Source: Eledone cirrhosa (taxonomy: Eukaryota). From it: a stretch of 64,000 nucleotides of DNA. The notes under the pieces were generated by a model, which saw only the letters and a program-made list of their open reading frames with translations, did not search any database and was not told the DNA's origin. Below are positions 45,725-60,752 of this stretch, piece after piece. The DNA is taken from NCBI GenBank assembly GCA_964016885.1, contig OZ024741.1, positions 136,152,001 through 136,216,000 of the forward strand, in the 5' to 3' direction. Both the position numbers and the translations under genes were made by a program. Within the stretch, counting starts at the first letter, position 1, and every line of letters begins with the position of its first letter.

Positions 45725-45805
<81 letters not shown>

Positions 45806-46240
45806 GTTTACTAAAAGACAAAATGTATGATGCACACACACACACACACACACATACACACACACACTCACACACATACACACACAAGCAAACATAAGCT
45901 CTCTTCAAATGACAAAGGCTACTTAATAAATATAGACAACTAATTCCAACTCTATATTCTCATCAGCCGCAGATGCCACACACGCTTGAACACGTAATGA
46001 CATTAGTTTTGGTCGCAACTAGGCGAGGAATACTTCTATAATTAGTTGATTATTACCACTGGCCACTTACATACCGATTGGTCAATTGAAGATATAACTG
46101 GCCTTTTAAGTGATATTCATTGGTGATTGTATTTCTTGACGACAGCTTTGCTCATGGGGAAACATTTTCATACACTCTCTAGCTTCGATGAAATTCGTAT
46201 GTAGTGTGCGAGTGCATATGGGCACACACACACACACACA

Positions 46241-46317
<77 letters not shown>

Positions 46318-46448
46318 CTCTGTAATAGCACCACCAACTACAAAAACAAAGACGGTTGAACTGCTTTACGTTGAGTACTCTCTATATTATTACATTTCGA
46401 TTGACCATACGGAATAGACCAGCTCTATCCAGTGGTGAACCTCAAACC

Positions 46449-46519
<71 letters not shown>

Positions 46520-46932
46520 TCTACGATTTCCCAGAACTTACGTTCACCGAATTCACAGACTAGATCCCTTCTTCCTCCCGTTAGACCTGTACGGAATTCC
46601 TTCCTTGCTCACATTCCAACCAGGTTTGATGGTCTTTATTCTCTCTCGTTCACGGTTTCACCGAATTTAAATTCATAGAAATTTGGGACTTGACTCCTTC
46701 TTCCTCACTTTTCGTTGCTTTACCATTTTTGTTTCTTTACACTCGTGTCCCCTTTATTTACGTGTCCCAACGACTTTTTTTAGTTGTTGCTCGCACCAAC
46801 CGGAGGTATATGGTCTTTAAAGCGATGAAATACCAATGATGGTTGGAAGATCACTGATGAAGGACTAACTTTATTCATATGTAAACCATTAGCAACCCCG
46901 CAGCACGTTTATTCTCATATATATATATATAT

Positions 46933-47655
46933 AGTATAAAGTATGTCCATAGAATCATTTGATAATATATATAGACCATTTCCTCTCCCAATTAGCATAA
47001 TCGACCACACAAAAAAACAATTAAACCAGGCTATAAGATTATATGAAGAAATAGTAGATAAGTAAATGACAGCCATCTATTGGCGATCAACCGCTATAGA
47101 ATATTTACCCAACATTTCGATAGCACGTGTAAATCGATTAAATATACCGTCAACCATACACAATTAGGTATAAAATTAAAGTTAGAAGAAAGAATGTATA
47201 TACACATACCAGGATTACATTTCTACCCTTCGGGTTCGTTCGCTTTCGGCAATATTCTATCAAGGATAAATTCTCGAGATTCGAACTCATCAGGAAACAA
47301 ACTCACTTAGACAAAGAATTTTCTAAAATGATCCCCGCCAGAAACGAATTGAAAATGGCTAAAAATTGTGACGGGGCAGTGGTCAAGTCAGAAAGAATGT
47401 GATTGGTGCCTTACGGCGAGTGGGCTGGTTACTAGAAAGCTCAGCCCAATATTGCCCAAATTGAATCTCAACCTTATGGGAGATTATCAAATATAAATAT
47501 TTACATATACACAAACTAGACAAAGTCTCAGATATATATATTTTGGCAACCATTTACGATGTGGCACAATGTTGAATTAATAAATTAAATAATCAGAGCA
47601 ATATACTATAAAATATGTCCATAGAATCATTTGATAATATATATATAGCCATTTT
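46933..47655 (-). mobile_element. 672-nt-period non-coding element with ~45-bp terminal direct repeats and an internal hammerhead variant (47220-47297)
   Basis: TATGTCCATAGAATCATTTGATAATATATATA occurs at 46942 and 47614. Minus strand: UUUC CUGAUGA GUUCG...CGAAC GAA CCC GAA GGG UA GAAA (one core A lost or substituted). Confidence 0.7.
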
Positions 47656-47724
47656 GAATTAGTTTCTGTCGAGGATCATTTAAGGAAATTCTTTGTCCAA
47701 TATGTATATGTATGTATATGTATG

Positions 47725-47800
<76 letters not shown>

Positions 47801-47804
47801 TAAA

Positions 47805-48480
<676 letters not shown>

Positions 48481-48702
48481 GTATATGTATATATATATAT
48501 GTATATATATGTATGTATATATATAAATATGTATATGTATATATACATATGTATGAATATATATATATATGTATGTATATATATATATATACATATGTAT
48601 GCATATATATATATATATATAAATATGTATGTATATTTATATATATATACATATGTATTTATATACATATATATATGTATATATATATATATACATATGT
48701 AT

Positions 48703-49450
48703 GAAAAAGAACACAAGAGCGTCTACAACATCAAAAGATTTTTATTGGCTAACAATGTTTCTTCCTTACGTGTAACCGTAGGATTCATCAGAGCTATAAA
48801 AGGGGTTTGATTGGTGTTATGGACTCTACCAACCAAACACCCAAGAACAAAGAGTAAAGAGAGTAAAGAGCAAAAGTAGGGGACGATAAGTCTAATTGTG
48901 GTGCGGGAGGGTGGGGTGTTGGTCCTTGTTTACTAGTTGCGGTCATATTCATTCCCGGGAGTCGGGTGGTTAGCTGAACCATAGATGGGGTGTCGTCGAT
49001 AGTGCAGAGGGTGCGCAGAGGCTACACAAACACAAAGGGCGTAGAATACATATATACATATAGCGGAGGAGAAGGTACATGATGTAATTAGAAATGGAAA
49101 AAGAGTAATAATAATAATCTATAATTAATAGTGTATAATAAGGCATGGGGAAGATTACACTATAATAAGGTGTAAAGGTAAGAATAAGGTAAAATATAAA
49201 GGAGGATAAAAGTGGAAGTAATAATAAAGATAAAAAAAATAAAAAAATATATATAGAGAATATATAAGCGAATATTTGGAGGGGAAAACACAATGTAAAA
49301 AAACCGATTTTTTTCAAACAATAATAAAAATATAATAATTATGGGGGGAGAAAACAGGATAGAGAAATATGATCAAGTGTGATTCGTTGAGAGAATATAA
49401 GATGATAATAGTTATGTCCAGTTTATACATCTTAATAATAAATAATAAAC
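48703..49450 (-). mobile_element. pLTR/3'-UTR-like segment ending in a hammerhead, AATAAA and (TA)n
   Basis: Terminal ~95 nt homologous to 5317-5410; pyrimidine-rich on the minus strand; lies downstream of the Penelope ORF on the same strand. Confidence 0.6.
48748..48794 (-). ncRNA. Minimal type-I hammerhead ribozyme motif
   Basis: Minus strand: GCU CUGAUGA AUCCUACG-GUUACA-CGUAAGGAA GAAAC AUU GUU AGC. Stem I covaries with the 5363 copy (GCC/GGC versus GCU/AGC). Confidence 0.75.
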
Positions 49451-49489
49451 AATATGTGTATCAGAGTTGCAGAACCTTCAATTCACTTA

Positions 49490-50570
49490 CGGGTTCAAGC
49501 CACGTGGCATGGTCCATTGCTTATCTGTGCGGTCATGTGCGTTTGTTTTTGACACCACAGCAGATGCACAAGTCTGTAAATTCCAATGCAGATAGAAATC
49601 AATTTTTGCTCACCCGGACATTGACTGAGGATCCAATATTCCTAGTTCAATATGTGTTTGGTGTTATTTTGGTCGCACAAATCAATCAATTGGTTCAATA
49701 TATGGAGTATGGTTTTCTGGTCTTCGTAACAGTGTCAGTGGTCGTATATTTGGAAGTCACAAGGATCACAGTACTCCGGTTTGGTGTGATTATCGGTCAT
49801 CCAGCTATGTTGTTGGTGGTTGGATTCAAATCTATTCGCCCAAACGTTGAACTTTGGTGTCGATAGGACATTAACGAAGCAGGGTGAGATCGCATCTGTG
49901 GTACAAAACGGTACGCAAGGAAATTCTTCGTCTTCGTTTCATCCGGGTCCAGTAGTCACGTGCAAGAACCGCTACGTAGTAATTGTGGGGTTAGTCGGTC
50001 AAGTCAGCAACTGACCGAAAATTCAGGCAGGCATGACAGCTTTTTTATGTGTGTACGTGTGTCCGACACACACAGACACATATCTATATGTATTTCAGCT
50101 CAAAAAACTCAAATGATTCACCTAGTGGTACTACAATCGGTCAAGACAGTAACTGGCCGACAGTTCCCTTAGGGATTCAGACAGACATGACAGGTATATT
50201 TAGGTCAAGAGCCTCCTTATGTGTTCGTGTGTTCGATACACACAGACACATATCCACATGTATTTCAACTCAAAAATTAAGTTGATTCCCCCATTGATAT
50301 CATATCTGTGCTGTTTGGATATGCCTACTGTGGTGTTCTGGTCGTGCATATCATTCACTGTATTTTGCCACCACATTGGAATGTGATGGTATGGTCATCA
50401 ATAGTCCGGCAAGCGTATTTCGCTCTTATATTGCGGAGAATGGTGTTCTGGTCCTCAGTAAACATCCAGGTCAGCAGGAGGGGTGGTGGTTCTCAGTTTC
50501 AACTTCGACAATACATATGTGTTACTCTGCATATCGTGCTCCCCTCAGAGGAGGAATTCATGCCACACAG
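49490..50570 (-). pseudogene. Probable degenerate L1/Tx1-like ORF2 C-terminal region
   Basis: A minus frame reads ...DYWTRMKRRRRIS.../NVLSTPKFNVWA...EYCDPCDFQIYDH*HCY...IYRLVHLLWCQK, resembling the zf-RVT CxxC...H knuckle. There are two internal stops in ~120 codons. The plus-strand ORFs here are antisense shadows. Confidence 0.4.
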
Positions 50571-51036
50571 CACACATAGAGAGAATTTCTACAGAAGAGT
50601 ATACATACATATACACATACATACACACATTATACACTTACACATACACACTCATACGCATACATACATATATTCACATGCATGTCACACATACACCTAC
50701 ACACAATATAATACGCATGCATACAATATACATATACACACACACACATGTATATACATATATATACACATACATATATATATACATACATATACACACA
50801 ATATACATACAATGCACGCACACATGCGTGCATGCATGCAGACACGCACGCACACCCACACATATGTCTGCGTGTGCGTGCGTGTGAGAGATAAAAGGAG
50901 AATACACACACACACAAGAGCACCAACCTTGTAGGGGACTGCACCACCCTTATGGTACCTATCTATTTAGGTTACGGGTTGGGGGTGGAAGGGGGGGACT
51001 ATAGTCTAGGTGGGGGTTGCGTGATATATGTTACGT

Positions 51037-52323
51037 CTATGTGCTAGGTTTAAAATAGAAGAAGGAACTCAGGATTTTGTGTTGGCATGAGGAGAAAATT
51101 TCCGATTTCCTGTTAAGCAGGTTCAGTTTAGAGTGTATTATGGCATGGCATTCCAGTAAACACAGGTCACAACTTCCGCTCTGCGGTCGGTATGGCGTGG
51201 ATCTAGTAAGCTTCCTCCAAAAAAGTTTGTATGGGGTACTATTATTTTTTAAGAAGGAGATGTATCCCGCCAGTGAGGTGGCATTCTTATGTCTGTCGTG
51301 ACTAAATGTGTACATATGCGCGTTAAATCTAGTTTTAAATGTATTGGACGTTGCTCCTATATATGTTTTGGTAGAGTTGTGTGTGGTTACGTCACATGCA
51401 TATACTATGCGGGTTCGATTAGTTAGCTTACCTCCCGAAGTTTGGTTACTAGCATTATCACTAGGTGCCTCTATATCATTAGATGGCTCATTCATGCTAT
51501 TATGTTGCCCATTTTCTAGTGTAGTCGGTTGCTGGTGGTTAACTGCCATTTTAATTGCTTCGAATCCCTCCTTAGTTTTCCTAATGTTCGTACGTGCTAG
51601 GTGTGATGCGAGGTTAGGTGTGGTCGAATAGGATAATTTAATTACGTTTTTGTTAATTATGTTGCGGTATCTGTTGCCTGGTGGGAAGTTTTTTTTCCAA
51701 TAATGAGAAGAATACTCTGGGGAGGTTAGTGAGGACCTCAGAGTTAAAAGGTGGGTTAAAATACATGTTTTTCCTTCTTCTATTTTTCTTATCTGTGGGG
51801 TGAGTGTCGCTACTGTGCGTACTATTTTGTAGGGTTCCGTTATTAACGTTAGTGGCGTTGTCCGTTTTGCTTAAGCCCGGATGGTTTATATTCATGGCGT
51901 GATCATTTACTGTTTTAGAGTTGTGGGGGGGACTCTAGTATTGTCTTTACGTGGTTTACATTTAACTAGGTTACCGCCATTAGGGTTCTTACTATTATTC
52001 TTGCCTCTAATTTGGTTAGGCTTTGTGGCCATACTATGTGTGATTATGTTGGTAGGTTTCACACTCATGGTTTGAGAGTCCTTATGTATATATGATAATC
52101 TACTCCCGTAACCAGATTTTGCTAGGGCCCTGTCATAATACTCTGCATTGGAGTTGAAGATACTCTCATTACAGGAGAGTCTGCTAATTCTGTTAGAGAC
52201 CCCCCTGGGAATAGCGTTTAGGACTGATTTGGGGTGGTTAGAGCTGGCGTTTACATATGTTAGTCTATCGTTAGGTTTATGGTAGGGTGCAAATGTTTTA
52301 CTTTCTAGGTCAAGGGTGGCGTC
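51037..52323 (-). mobile_element. 5'-truncated Penelope-like retroelement ORF: RT C-terminus/thumb plus GIY-YIG endonuclease (Hydra-clade-like)
   Basis: DATLDL..F.PYHKPND...YVN.SSNHP...IPRGV..RISRLSC.E.IF......Y..AL..SGY; RRKNMYFNPPF...IKLSYS; IVY...YIGAT...FKTRFNAH...F....ATSLA.YI...W...CDLCLLE...LLNRKSEI.SSCQHK. Three ORF pieces are joined by frameshifts in a G7 run (51925-51931) and a T8 run (51689-51696), giving 428 aa when corrected. Confidence 0.92.
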
Positions 52324-53029
<706 letters not shown>

Positions 53030-53589
53030 GTATATCTCTCTCTGGTGTGTTACCTTTTCAAGATATTGTATTTTAAAGAGCTCAGGATCTCTTCTCCTTT
53101 GAGCACATTATTTACAGGGAATAGCGAGGGCCTATGCTTCCGTTAATTTATCGTGATATTTCGCTCCTAATAACAGTCTTTCCTATCTCTGTTTGGTTGA
53201 GCACACCTCTCTGAGTGGCTTTGGGCTGCTCTTTCTAGCAGTTCGTCCCTCAGAGGCCACTGGTTCACTGTCCTTAAACTCCTCTCTCCCACGTGTAGCT
53301 GGACAGTATTTTTAAAATTCTCTTTAGTGTATAGCCTTACACACGCTGATGAACCGAGTCTAACCCATTTATTTCAACAAATTTTTGGTGAAACATATCC
53401 TTGGATGTGTACGTGAGTTATATACTTATAGAGGTATTTATTTACGCTTGAATTTATATGTTTAATTATCGTGTCTATAGTCTGCCTTTCATAGGTTATA
53501 GATTCCATACACTGGTGGTTTTTTCCCTGTATTATTGCTAAAGCACTGTATATCTCTCTCTGGTGTGTTGCCTTTTCAACATATTGTAT
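53030..53589 (+). mobile_element. 518-nt-period non-coding element with ~42-bp terminal direct repeats and one hammerhead (retrozyme-like)
   Basis: GTATATCTCTCTCTGGTGTGTT(A/G)CCTTTTCAA(G/C)ATATTGTAT occurs at 53030 and 53548; both flanks are (TA)n. Confidence 0.8.
53341..53416 (+). ncRNA. Type-I hammerhead ribozyme motif with long stem III
   Basis: CACG CUGAUGA ACC...GGU GAAAC AUAUCC-UU-GGAUGU GUA CGUG. All core nucleotides are present; the cleavage triplet is GUA. Confidence 0.85.
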
Positions 53590-53687
53590 ATATATGTATA
53601 TATATATATATACATATCTATATATATATAGATATGTATATATATATATATACATACATATGTATATATATATATATACATACATAA

Positions 53688-53744
<57 letters not shown>

Positions 53745-53763
53745 TATGTGTATATATATACAC

Positions 53764-53794
<31 letters not shown>

Positions 53795-53820
53795 AACATA
53801 TATATATATAAACATATATA

Positions 53821-53869
<49 letters not shown>

Positions 53870-53954
53870 ATGTATTAAGTTCGTTACTATGTGTATTCGG
53901 TGGCAAAGTGCGAATTGTATATCTTTATTAATGTGTGTGAGGTATATACATTCC

Positions 53955-54000
<46 letters not shown>

Positions 54001-54019
54001 CATAAAGTAAGTTTCTATG

Positions 54020-54066
<47 letters not shown>

Positions 54067-54537
54067 TGGCGAATAGGAGTTTTGAACAGTTGTGCTTGTT
54101 TCTGATTTCATTTAACGTGCCGAATATGTAAGCTGGCTAATAAAGTTAAAAATATATTCTAGAATCAATGGCAGAGCTGCAGTGGCTTTATTAACTATCG
54201 GAAATTGATAGTGTTGTAATTTTCCAATCCCGAGCTGGTAGAACGCTGATAAGACTTTCACTAAATCTTTGTGAATTTCAAACACTTTTCTTCCCTTCAA
54301 GATAAGATTATTCGTAGCCATCACCATCTATTAGGCCTTCAAACCTTCTCTCCCTACGTGCCTAATTTCAACTGGCGTGAAATAGTAACACCTGCCTCTG
54401 ATTGTATGTAGCAAGGTATATTGATTCATATATATATATATATATACATCTGAATGTATATTAATATATAAAATACACATACAATTATGTTTGTGTATGC
54501 GTGTGGGGGTATATATATATATATATATATATAAATA

Positions 54538-54886
54538 TAGATAAGTTTCTTTTATTTGCCACTAGGGCATCAAAAGTGGGACAAGTACAAAGGGGGGAGT
54601 TTACACAAAAAGGCGTCCTCAATAAGGAGGAGGCAATAACAAAATATAAAAATAAAATAAGATATAACAAAAATAAAATTTTTAACAAAATCCTCAATAG
54701 AGAGGAGGCGCCTTGGGGGGTCGCACACACCCCCGAAAAAAGTGTGCAACCCTTTTCCTCAGGAGCACAGAGAGGGGGTGCTCCCTCGTTCCTTCCTCTT
54801 TTCCACCTACAGGCTTATGTAAAGAGAAGGCCCATTCACACGGGCCATTCTCGCCACTTTCACCCACCTTTCATAAAAACGACTAG
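54538..54886 (-). mobile_element. Probable 3' end of an L1/Tx1-like LINE
   Basis: Minus strand: ...SRFYERWVKVARMARVNGPSLYISL* followed by a T-rich 3' UTR and AATAAAAGAAA next to a microsatellite; 5'-truncated at a (GATA)n tract. Confidence 0.45.
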
Positions 54887-55284
54887 ATAGATAGATAGAT
54901 AGATACACAGTTCAAGAGTAACCAATCTTAAAGAGAGAGATAGAGATAGGAGAGGAGAGATTGGTGAATTAGTTAGAAGCCAAAGCGTAAAGGCATGTGC
55001 TAAATGTGCAATATGCAGTAGAAAGCAGCTACGTGGCTGGGTTCATGCAGAAGTTAGGCGCGCAGAGCTGGAAATATTCATTAGTGAAACAAGACAAGAC
55101 CACAAATTTCATAAGGAAGACATTATTAAAAGATTGTCAGCATATTTTAGTTTGATGTAAGAATAATATTAATAATAATAATGTCCGTTTACAATTGTTT
55201 CGCTACTCCATATAATATTTCTGGATCAGATGACTATATATCATTATTGATCTGCTTCAGTTGAAAATAAGTAACATATTTAAA

Positions 55285-55374
<90 letters not shown>

Positions 55375-56228
55375 AGTATATACGTATATATGAGTGAGTA
55401 TGTATGTATATGTGTGTGCCTGTGTGCATATTTGTGTATGTATGTATGTGTGCGTAAGTGTGTGAAGGAATGAGTGTTTAAGATAACGTAGTATTTAAAG
55501 CATTCAAACATTAACCGACTGAAATCTCAATAGGGATCGCAATAACTTTAAATCTCGTTTTGTTTGCATAGGAAACATGCTTACAATATCATTGCAAAAA
55601 GAGAGGAAAATCCATGGGGAAATAGGGAAGACGAAAATCTCTACATCCTTGTATAGAAGGTATTTCTCAACTGCTCATCGTGGTGAACAATATGATGAAA
55701 GCTATATCCGCTGCATCAGCCGTGACATCTCACTTGGCGGATATATTTCAAATTCGTTCCGTGGCGGATACAATGGTGAAAGCATTACCGCAGTGCTCAG
55801 CAGCCAGTAATACACCACATATCAACCAATCGATCACATGAATCTCTTTCCTCGAGTAGGATGCCATCTTCCTCAATTAGCAGAGGACACCAGTAATCTG
55901 AAGGGCGAAGTTAAATATCTAAGTGCATCAATGATATTGAGGATAAATATGAATATATAAACTTGGATAAGGCTGACGTTAATAACGGTACATATGTTTC
56001 CTTGGAATTACCAAACACCTATACATTGGTTTGTATATGTCTAGTAGGCGCTTTGATAGGGATACAGCACAAATATCCCTTGCGTTGGAACGTATAAAAA
56101 CCATCAGCATTGTGAATACAATTCTATATTTCAACGAGAAAATCTTTACTACTGATGCTAACACATTCGACAGAGTGTCCCAAACAAATGTATACACTTT
56201 TCCCTGTACAGTTAATCAAAGTGATATA

Positions 56229-56325
<97 letters not shown>

Positions 56326-56440
56326 TCATATATCGTTATAGAAACATATAGTATTAGGCTCGTGACACACGTCCATTGAGGTATTTCACTTAGAAACATA
56401 TTTATCATACATATTGGATATATTATGATACTTTAAAATA

Positions 56441-56593
<153 letters not shown>

Positions 56594-58203
56594 TGCACGT
56601 GTGTGTGTGTGTAACTGTTTGGTGGTAGTTGTGTAGCTGTAGCATTCCTGTTCTTTTTGTTATTATTATCCGTATGTTGCCTTTAGAAAGCTGGCACCTT
56701 ATTTTTTTTTCCCCATTTGCTATATAAATGTCAACGGGATTAAATCAGTAATAAAAGTGAAGATAAGGAATATCCTTGAAACATATGTTTTTAATTTTAA
56801 ATCTGGAATTTAATCAGTCTCTTGATCACGTATTAACCTCAATTCGCCAGCTACTTATATGCACTGTTCAATAAAGTTTTGTATTTCATCGTAAATACCA
56901 AATAATTTTAGAATCTCTGGATTCCCAGGAATGAGGTTCCACGTGGTTACTGCATATATACATTAAGTACGTTTCTATATATGTGTATATATAGTAAATA
57001 CTCAGACCACCGGCATCGCCACCACAATGGTATAGAAGAACAATTTCCGACGTACAGAATACTATGTGCATGTCGCCTCATAGTCATAGTGGACAGATTA
57101 GAGCAAACCAAACCACAAGATTGTCAAGTTAAATGCCTTGGTGTTTGACTCGGCTGTCTCCACAGTGAACTTCGTTTCTTCTTCAATATTTCGGTAGTTA
57201 AATAAAGTTCCAGTCCATGGAAATTTGATTGGTGGAACCGTTCAAAAGAGTTCGAGGAAATGCTTTGCAATATCTGTCCCAACTTTGAACATTCTGAGTT
57301 CAGATCCTAATTTCTTTCACCGTAAAAGCTGTAACGCTTCTCACAGGAGTGACGACATGTATAGAGTATACTCCTCGTTGAGCAAGTTGGCCTCCCATAG
57401 GAAGTAATTGGCCTAACACAACAATCTTAAACATTCTCAATTACTAAATTTTAATATGTTCATCATATTTCGTATTCTGTTGTATGCGGAAATAACGGTT
57501 AGAAAAATATACAACCTCTTCATAGGAATGTAACCCTCTGTTTCCTGACAAATGTAAAATATATTGACGTAATTTGAGGGGGTGAAGCTACAAAATTGTT
57601 GCCAAAATTGTAATTAAACAGTGGAAAATTTTCCATGAAATATTTTGAAATTCATATTATCTTCAAGGAAACAACTGTCTCATTTCTACGAAGAAGTTAA
57701 ATCTTATGTCTCAAGTTTTTTCGAAATTGCAGTCTACAAATCTGAGTCTACAAATATGAGTTATATGCTTATTGTTAGCTCTACAATGTACGTCTATTTC
57801 TCTGTTTTGCACCAGTTTTTAACATTTCTTGCTCTGACCACTCTAAGCTTGCTTGTTCCACTACACAGTCCACACTCACCCATGCCAAATCATTTTACTG
57901 GTCATACCATAATACAACCATCTCCACAGCTTTTGATATATCCACGAAGTTGTTAGGTGCCAATGCGTTTAGTTATTTAGTTAAGGACCATAGGATGGGA
58001 TTGTATATTATATTTCATTTGTATAAAATTGTGATCCTTTGCAGTTTGGGCCATCGGGCTCGTGTTACTAAATAAAATTTAAAGGCTCTTGTTTTCACCT
58101 TCTAAATAAAATTTATTATATGTATATAATTACAAATTCAAACGACAGGATCAATATCGTGTGTACCTGTGTAACTGTATATATATCGTGTGTATCGTGT
58201 GTA

Positions 58204-58261
<58 letters not shown>

Positions 58262-58274
58262 CTGACTCTTTTCA

Positions 58275-58305
<31 letters not shown>

Positions 58306-58306
58306 G

Positions 58307-58354
<48 letters not shown>

Positions 58355-58403
58355 GTAATAATAATAAATGTGAAGACTAAAATCCGAAGAACGCTCAATA
58401 AGG

Positions 58404-58513
<110 letters not shown>

Positions 58514-58529
58514 AAACCGTAGAGCAAAT

Positions 58530-58603
58530 ATTTATTTAAATAACAGATTAAATTTTAAGCTGAGAATTATTTGCTTAAACTTTAATCTGTTATTTAAATA
58601 AAT
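58530..58603. repeat. ~31-bp-arm inverted repeat between TA tracts
   Basis: ATTTATTTAAATAACAGATTAAATTTTAAGC / GCTTAAACTTTAATCTGTTATTTAAATAAAT. Confidence 0.85.
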
Positions 58604-58625
58604 GTATATATATATATATATATAT

Positions 58626-58746
58626 GAAAATAGTCAGGACCCCGACGGCTGAGGTCCTGACTCGTTTCCTATTACCCACTCTACTTCCCTGAGTATCGAG
58701 TACTCTGGTGCATTATGGTCTACCTGGTTTCTTACCACACTTTCTT
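58626..58746. mobile_element. Inverted, hairpin-collapsed homologue of 19386-19553
   Basis: AGTCAGGACCCCGACGGCTGA|GGTCCTGACTC...CCCACTCTACT...ATCGAGTA.TCTGGTGC.TTATGGTC...CTTACCACACTT. Confidence 0.75.
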
Positions 58747-58778
<32 letters not shown>

Positions 58779-58823
58779 AAAATAAAGATCCGAAGGTATG
58801 GTATAAATTTCCAATCATTTTAA

Positions 58824-58897
58824 TCACGACACATGTTTCAATAAAAGATAGATCGATCGTGTAGCCATGATCGATTATCACTAACCTCGTCAGGTGA
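58824..58897 (-). ncRNA. Type-I hammerhead ribozyme motif
   Basis: UCAC CUGACGA-extended stem II (AUCGAUC/GAUCGAU)-GAAAC AUGU GUC GUGA. Confidence 0.75.
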
Positions 58898-60678
58898 AAA
58901 TGAATTGTCTTCAAATCATTGATATGAGGGAGAAAATTAACGGTGTTCACTCACAGAGTTTAGTCCCTCATATGAAGATCAAGCAGTCAAAACACGGCGA
59001 CTGCTATCGTCCTCAGTTAGGGTCGTAAAAAGGATAGATGGCATAATCACCACCATATCTTTAATAGATTAAATAAAGAAAAAATAGCACGGCACTTTTG
59101 AATTAGTCTGGAAGCTTAAACAACAGAATATAGAGCACTCCTTATCCTGGTCCATAATTTGCTCAGCCCAGCCATATAACGGCTGCACTGGCGTCTGTAA
59201 TTTATGTATAGCTGAAACCTTTAATATTATTAGAGGCGGCCCCCTATTAATCAATAGGAGAGCGGATCTTTTCAGCAACTGCCAACATAGAACCTCGAAA
59301 ACCTTCCGCAGGATATTTGGAAAGTAACCTACCACTAACTCCTCCCTCTCTACCTTAGCCATAAATTTCTCTCAATTACCAAAAAGCAGACAATCATACA
59401 CTCAGGTAGTTAGACAGCTAAGATCGTTTGCGCACTTACAAACGGTACTCGACCTGTTTCTACAGAGTTCTCACAGCTGAGTGCACATTAGAATACCTAG
59501 TTAGTAAAGAGTTAGAATGATTACACACTTAGGTAAGACCGATTACGCGCATTCACCATTACTTTAGGATACCCTAACCATTGAGTTCTCTCGGTTGGGA
59601 TGTAACTAGACGTATTACACATTCAGTTAAGACTAATTACGCTCTCTATACATAACTCTACACACAGTACCCGGTTTCTTTAGACACTGAGTTCCCACAG
59701 TTATTACTGGTCACGTTCCTATCGATTGAACACTACACTAGGTTTTGATCTGTGATCATCTAACCATGGAGTGCTCACGGTTACATATTGGACAATAATA
59801 CTTACACACCATTAATGGGCCTACACACATTCTCTGGGTTTTGCTATTCTTTGTTATTTTATTTTGCCCTTTGTGTTGGATAACACACCTCCACCACTCA
59901 AACACCTATCTTAAAAGCCCAAGGGCCCATTTGACGGGAAATCGCACCTAATGACACCTTAACCCAAATACCCAACCATATACAGAGCCCCTTGGTGGCC
60001 TACATAGCGGTTGCTTGCACGCACAGATTTGGGGACTCAGATTCTCAATGGTACAACGGCAAATGCTGAGTTCGATATGAGCTGACTACTTGCTCTTCAC
60101 AGGGTGTGTATATACCTAAACATACACTTTTTTGGATGATACGGATGTGTATATACCATAACATATACTATTTGGAGATACGGATGTTACAATTCAATCT
60201 ATACACGTATAGCAGAACATTGAACTGAATTTACTTGCGTGTGTATAGGGTTGCGGTTGACCAAATTTTTCCAATTTACATCGTCAAATTGTGATTTGAC
60301 CAATATAACATTTGTTGTTTTGTAAACTAACTTTCAGTGAATGCTATGTTGATATATTTATATTTTTTCTTTGACCTCGTGTCGGTGTGTTTGAGAGTGT
60401 GTGTGTGTACTCACTCACACTAACTGTGACCGTCTATAGTTCTACAGATTTGGTGCTATGTTGGTATATGTATATATATCTTTTTTCTTTGACCTCACGT
60501 CGTGTGTGTGTAAGTGTGTGTTTACCCACTCACATTAACTGTGGCCGACTGATATTCTACAGATTTGATTGCTGTCCAGCGTCTTTTACAGCTCTTGGGA
60601 GATAGAGACTTGATAGTTTTATGACCCTAACACCCTTAATTTTCTCCCTCATATCAAGGATTTGAAGACAATTCGTTT

Positions 60679-60752
60679 TCACCTGACGAGATCAGTGATA
60701 ATCGATCATGGCTACACGATCGATCTATCTCTTATTGAAACATGTGTCGTGA
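60679..60752 (+). ncRNA. Type-I hammerhead ribozyme motif
   Basis: UCAC CUGACGA GAUCAGUGAUA AUCGAUC...GAUCGAU CUAUCUCUUAUU GAAAC AUGU GUC GUGA. Confidence 0.78.

Noticed and set aside
46850-46880. CTGATGAAGGAC half-hammerhead
   Set aside because: No downstream GAAA or stem II partner.
49369-50934. Plus-strand ORFs of 165 and 208 aa
   Set aside because: No recognisable protein; better explained as antisense shadows of a decayed minus-strand LINE frame plus microsatellite.
57190-57275. TERT-like words AKHFLELF / FPWTG
   Set aside because: The spacing is far shorter than in telomerase and the frame has stops; likely coincidence.
58970-59015. ATGA..AGCAGTC-AAAA..GACTGCT hairpin as a SECIS element
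   Set aside because: Lacks the 3' GA of the quartet and has no associated TGA-containing ORF.
59400-59800. Spaced recurring motifs as a CRISPR-like array
   Set aside because: The repeats are short, degenerate and irregularly spaced, in a eukaryotic context with no cas genes.
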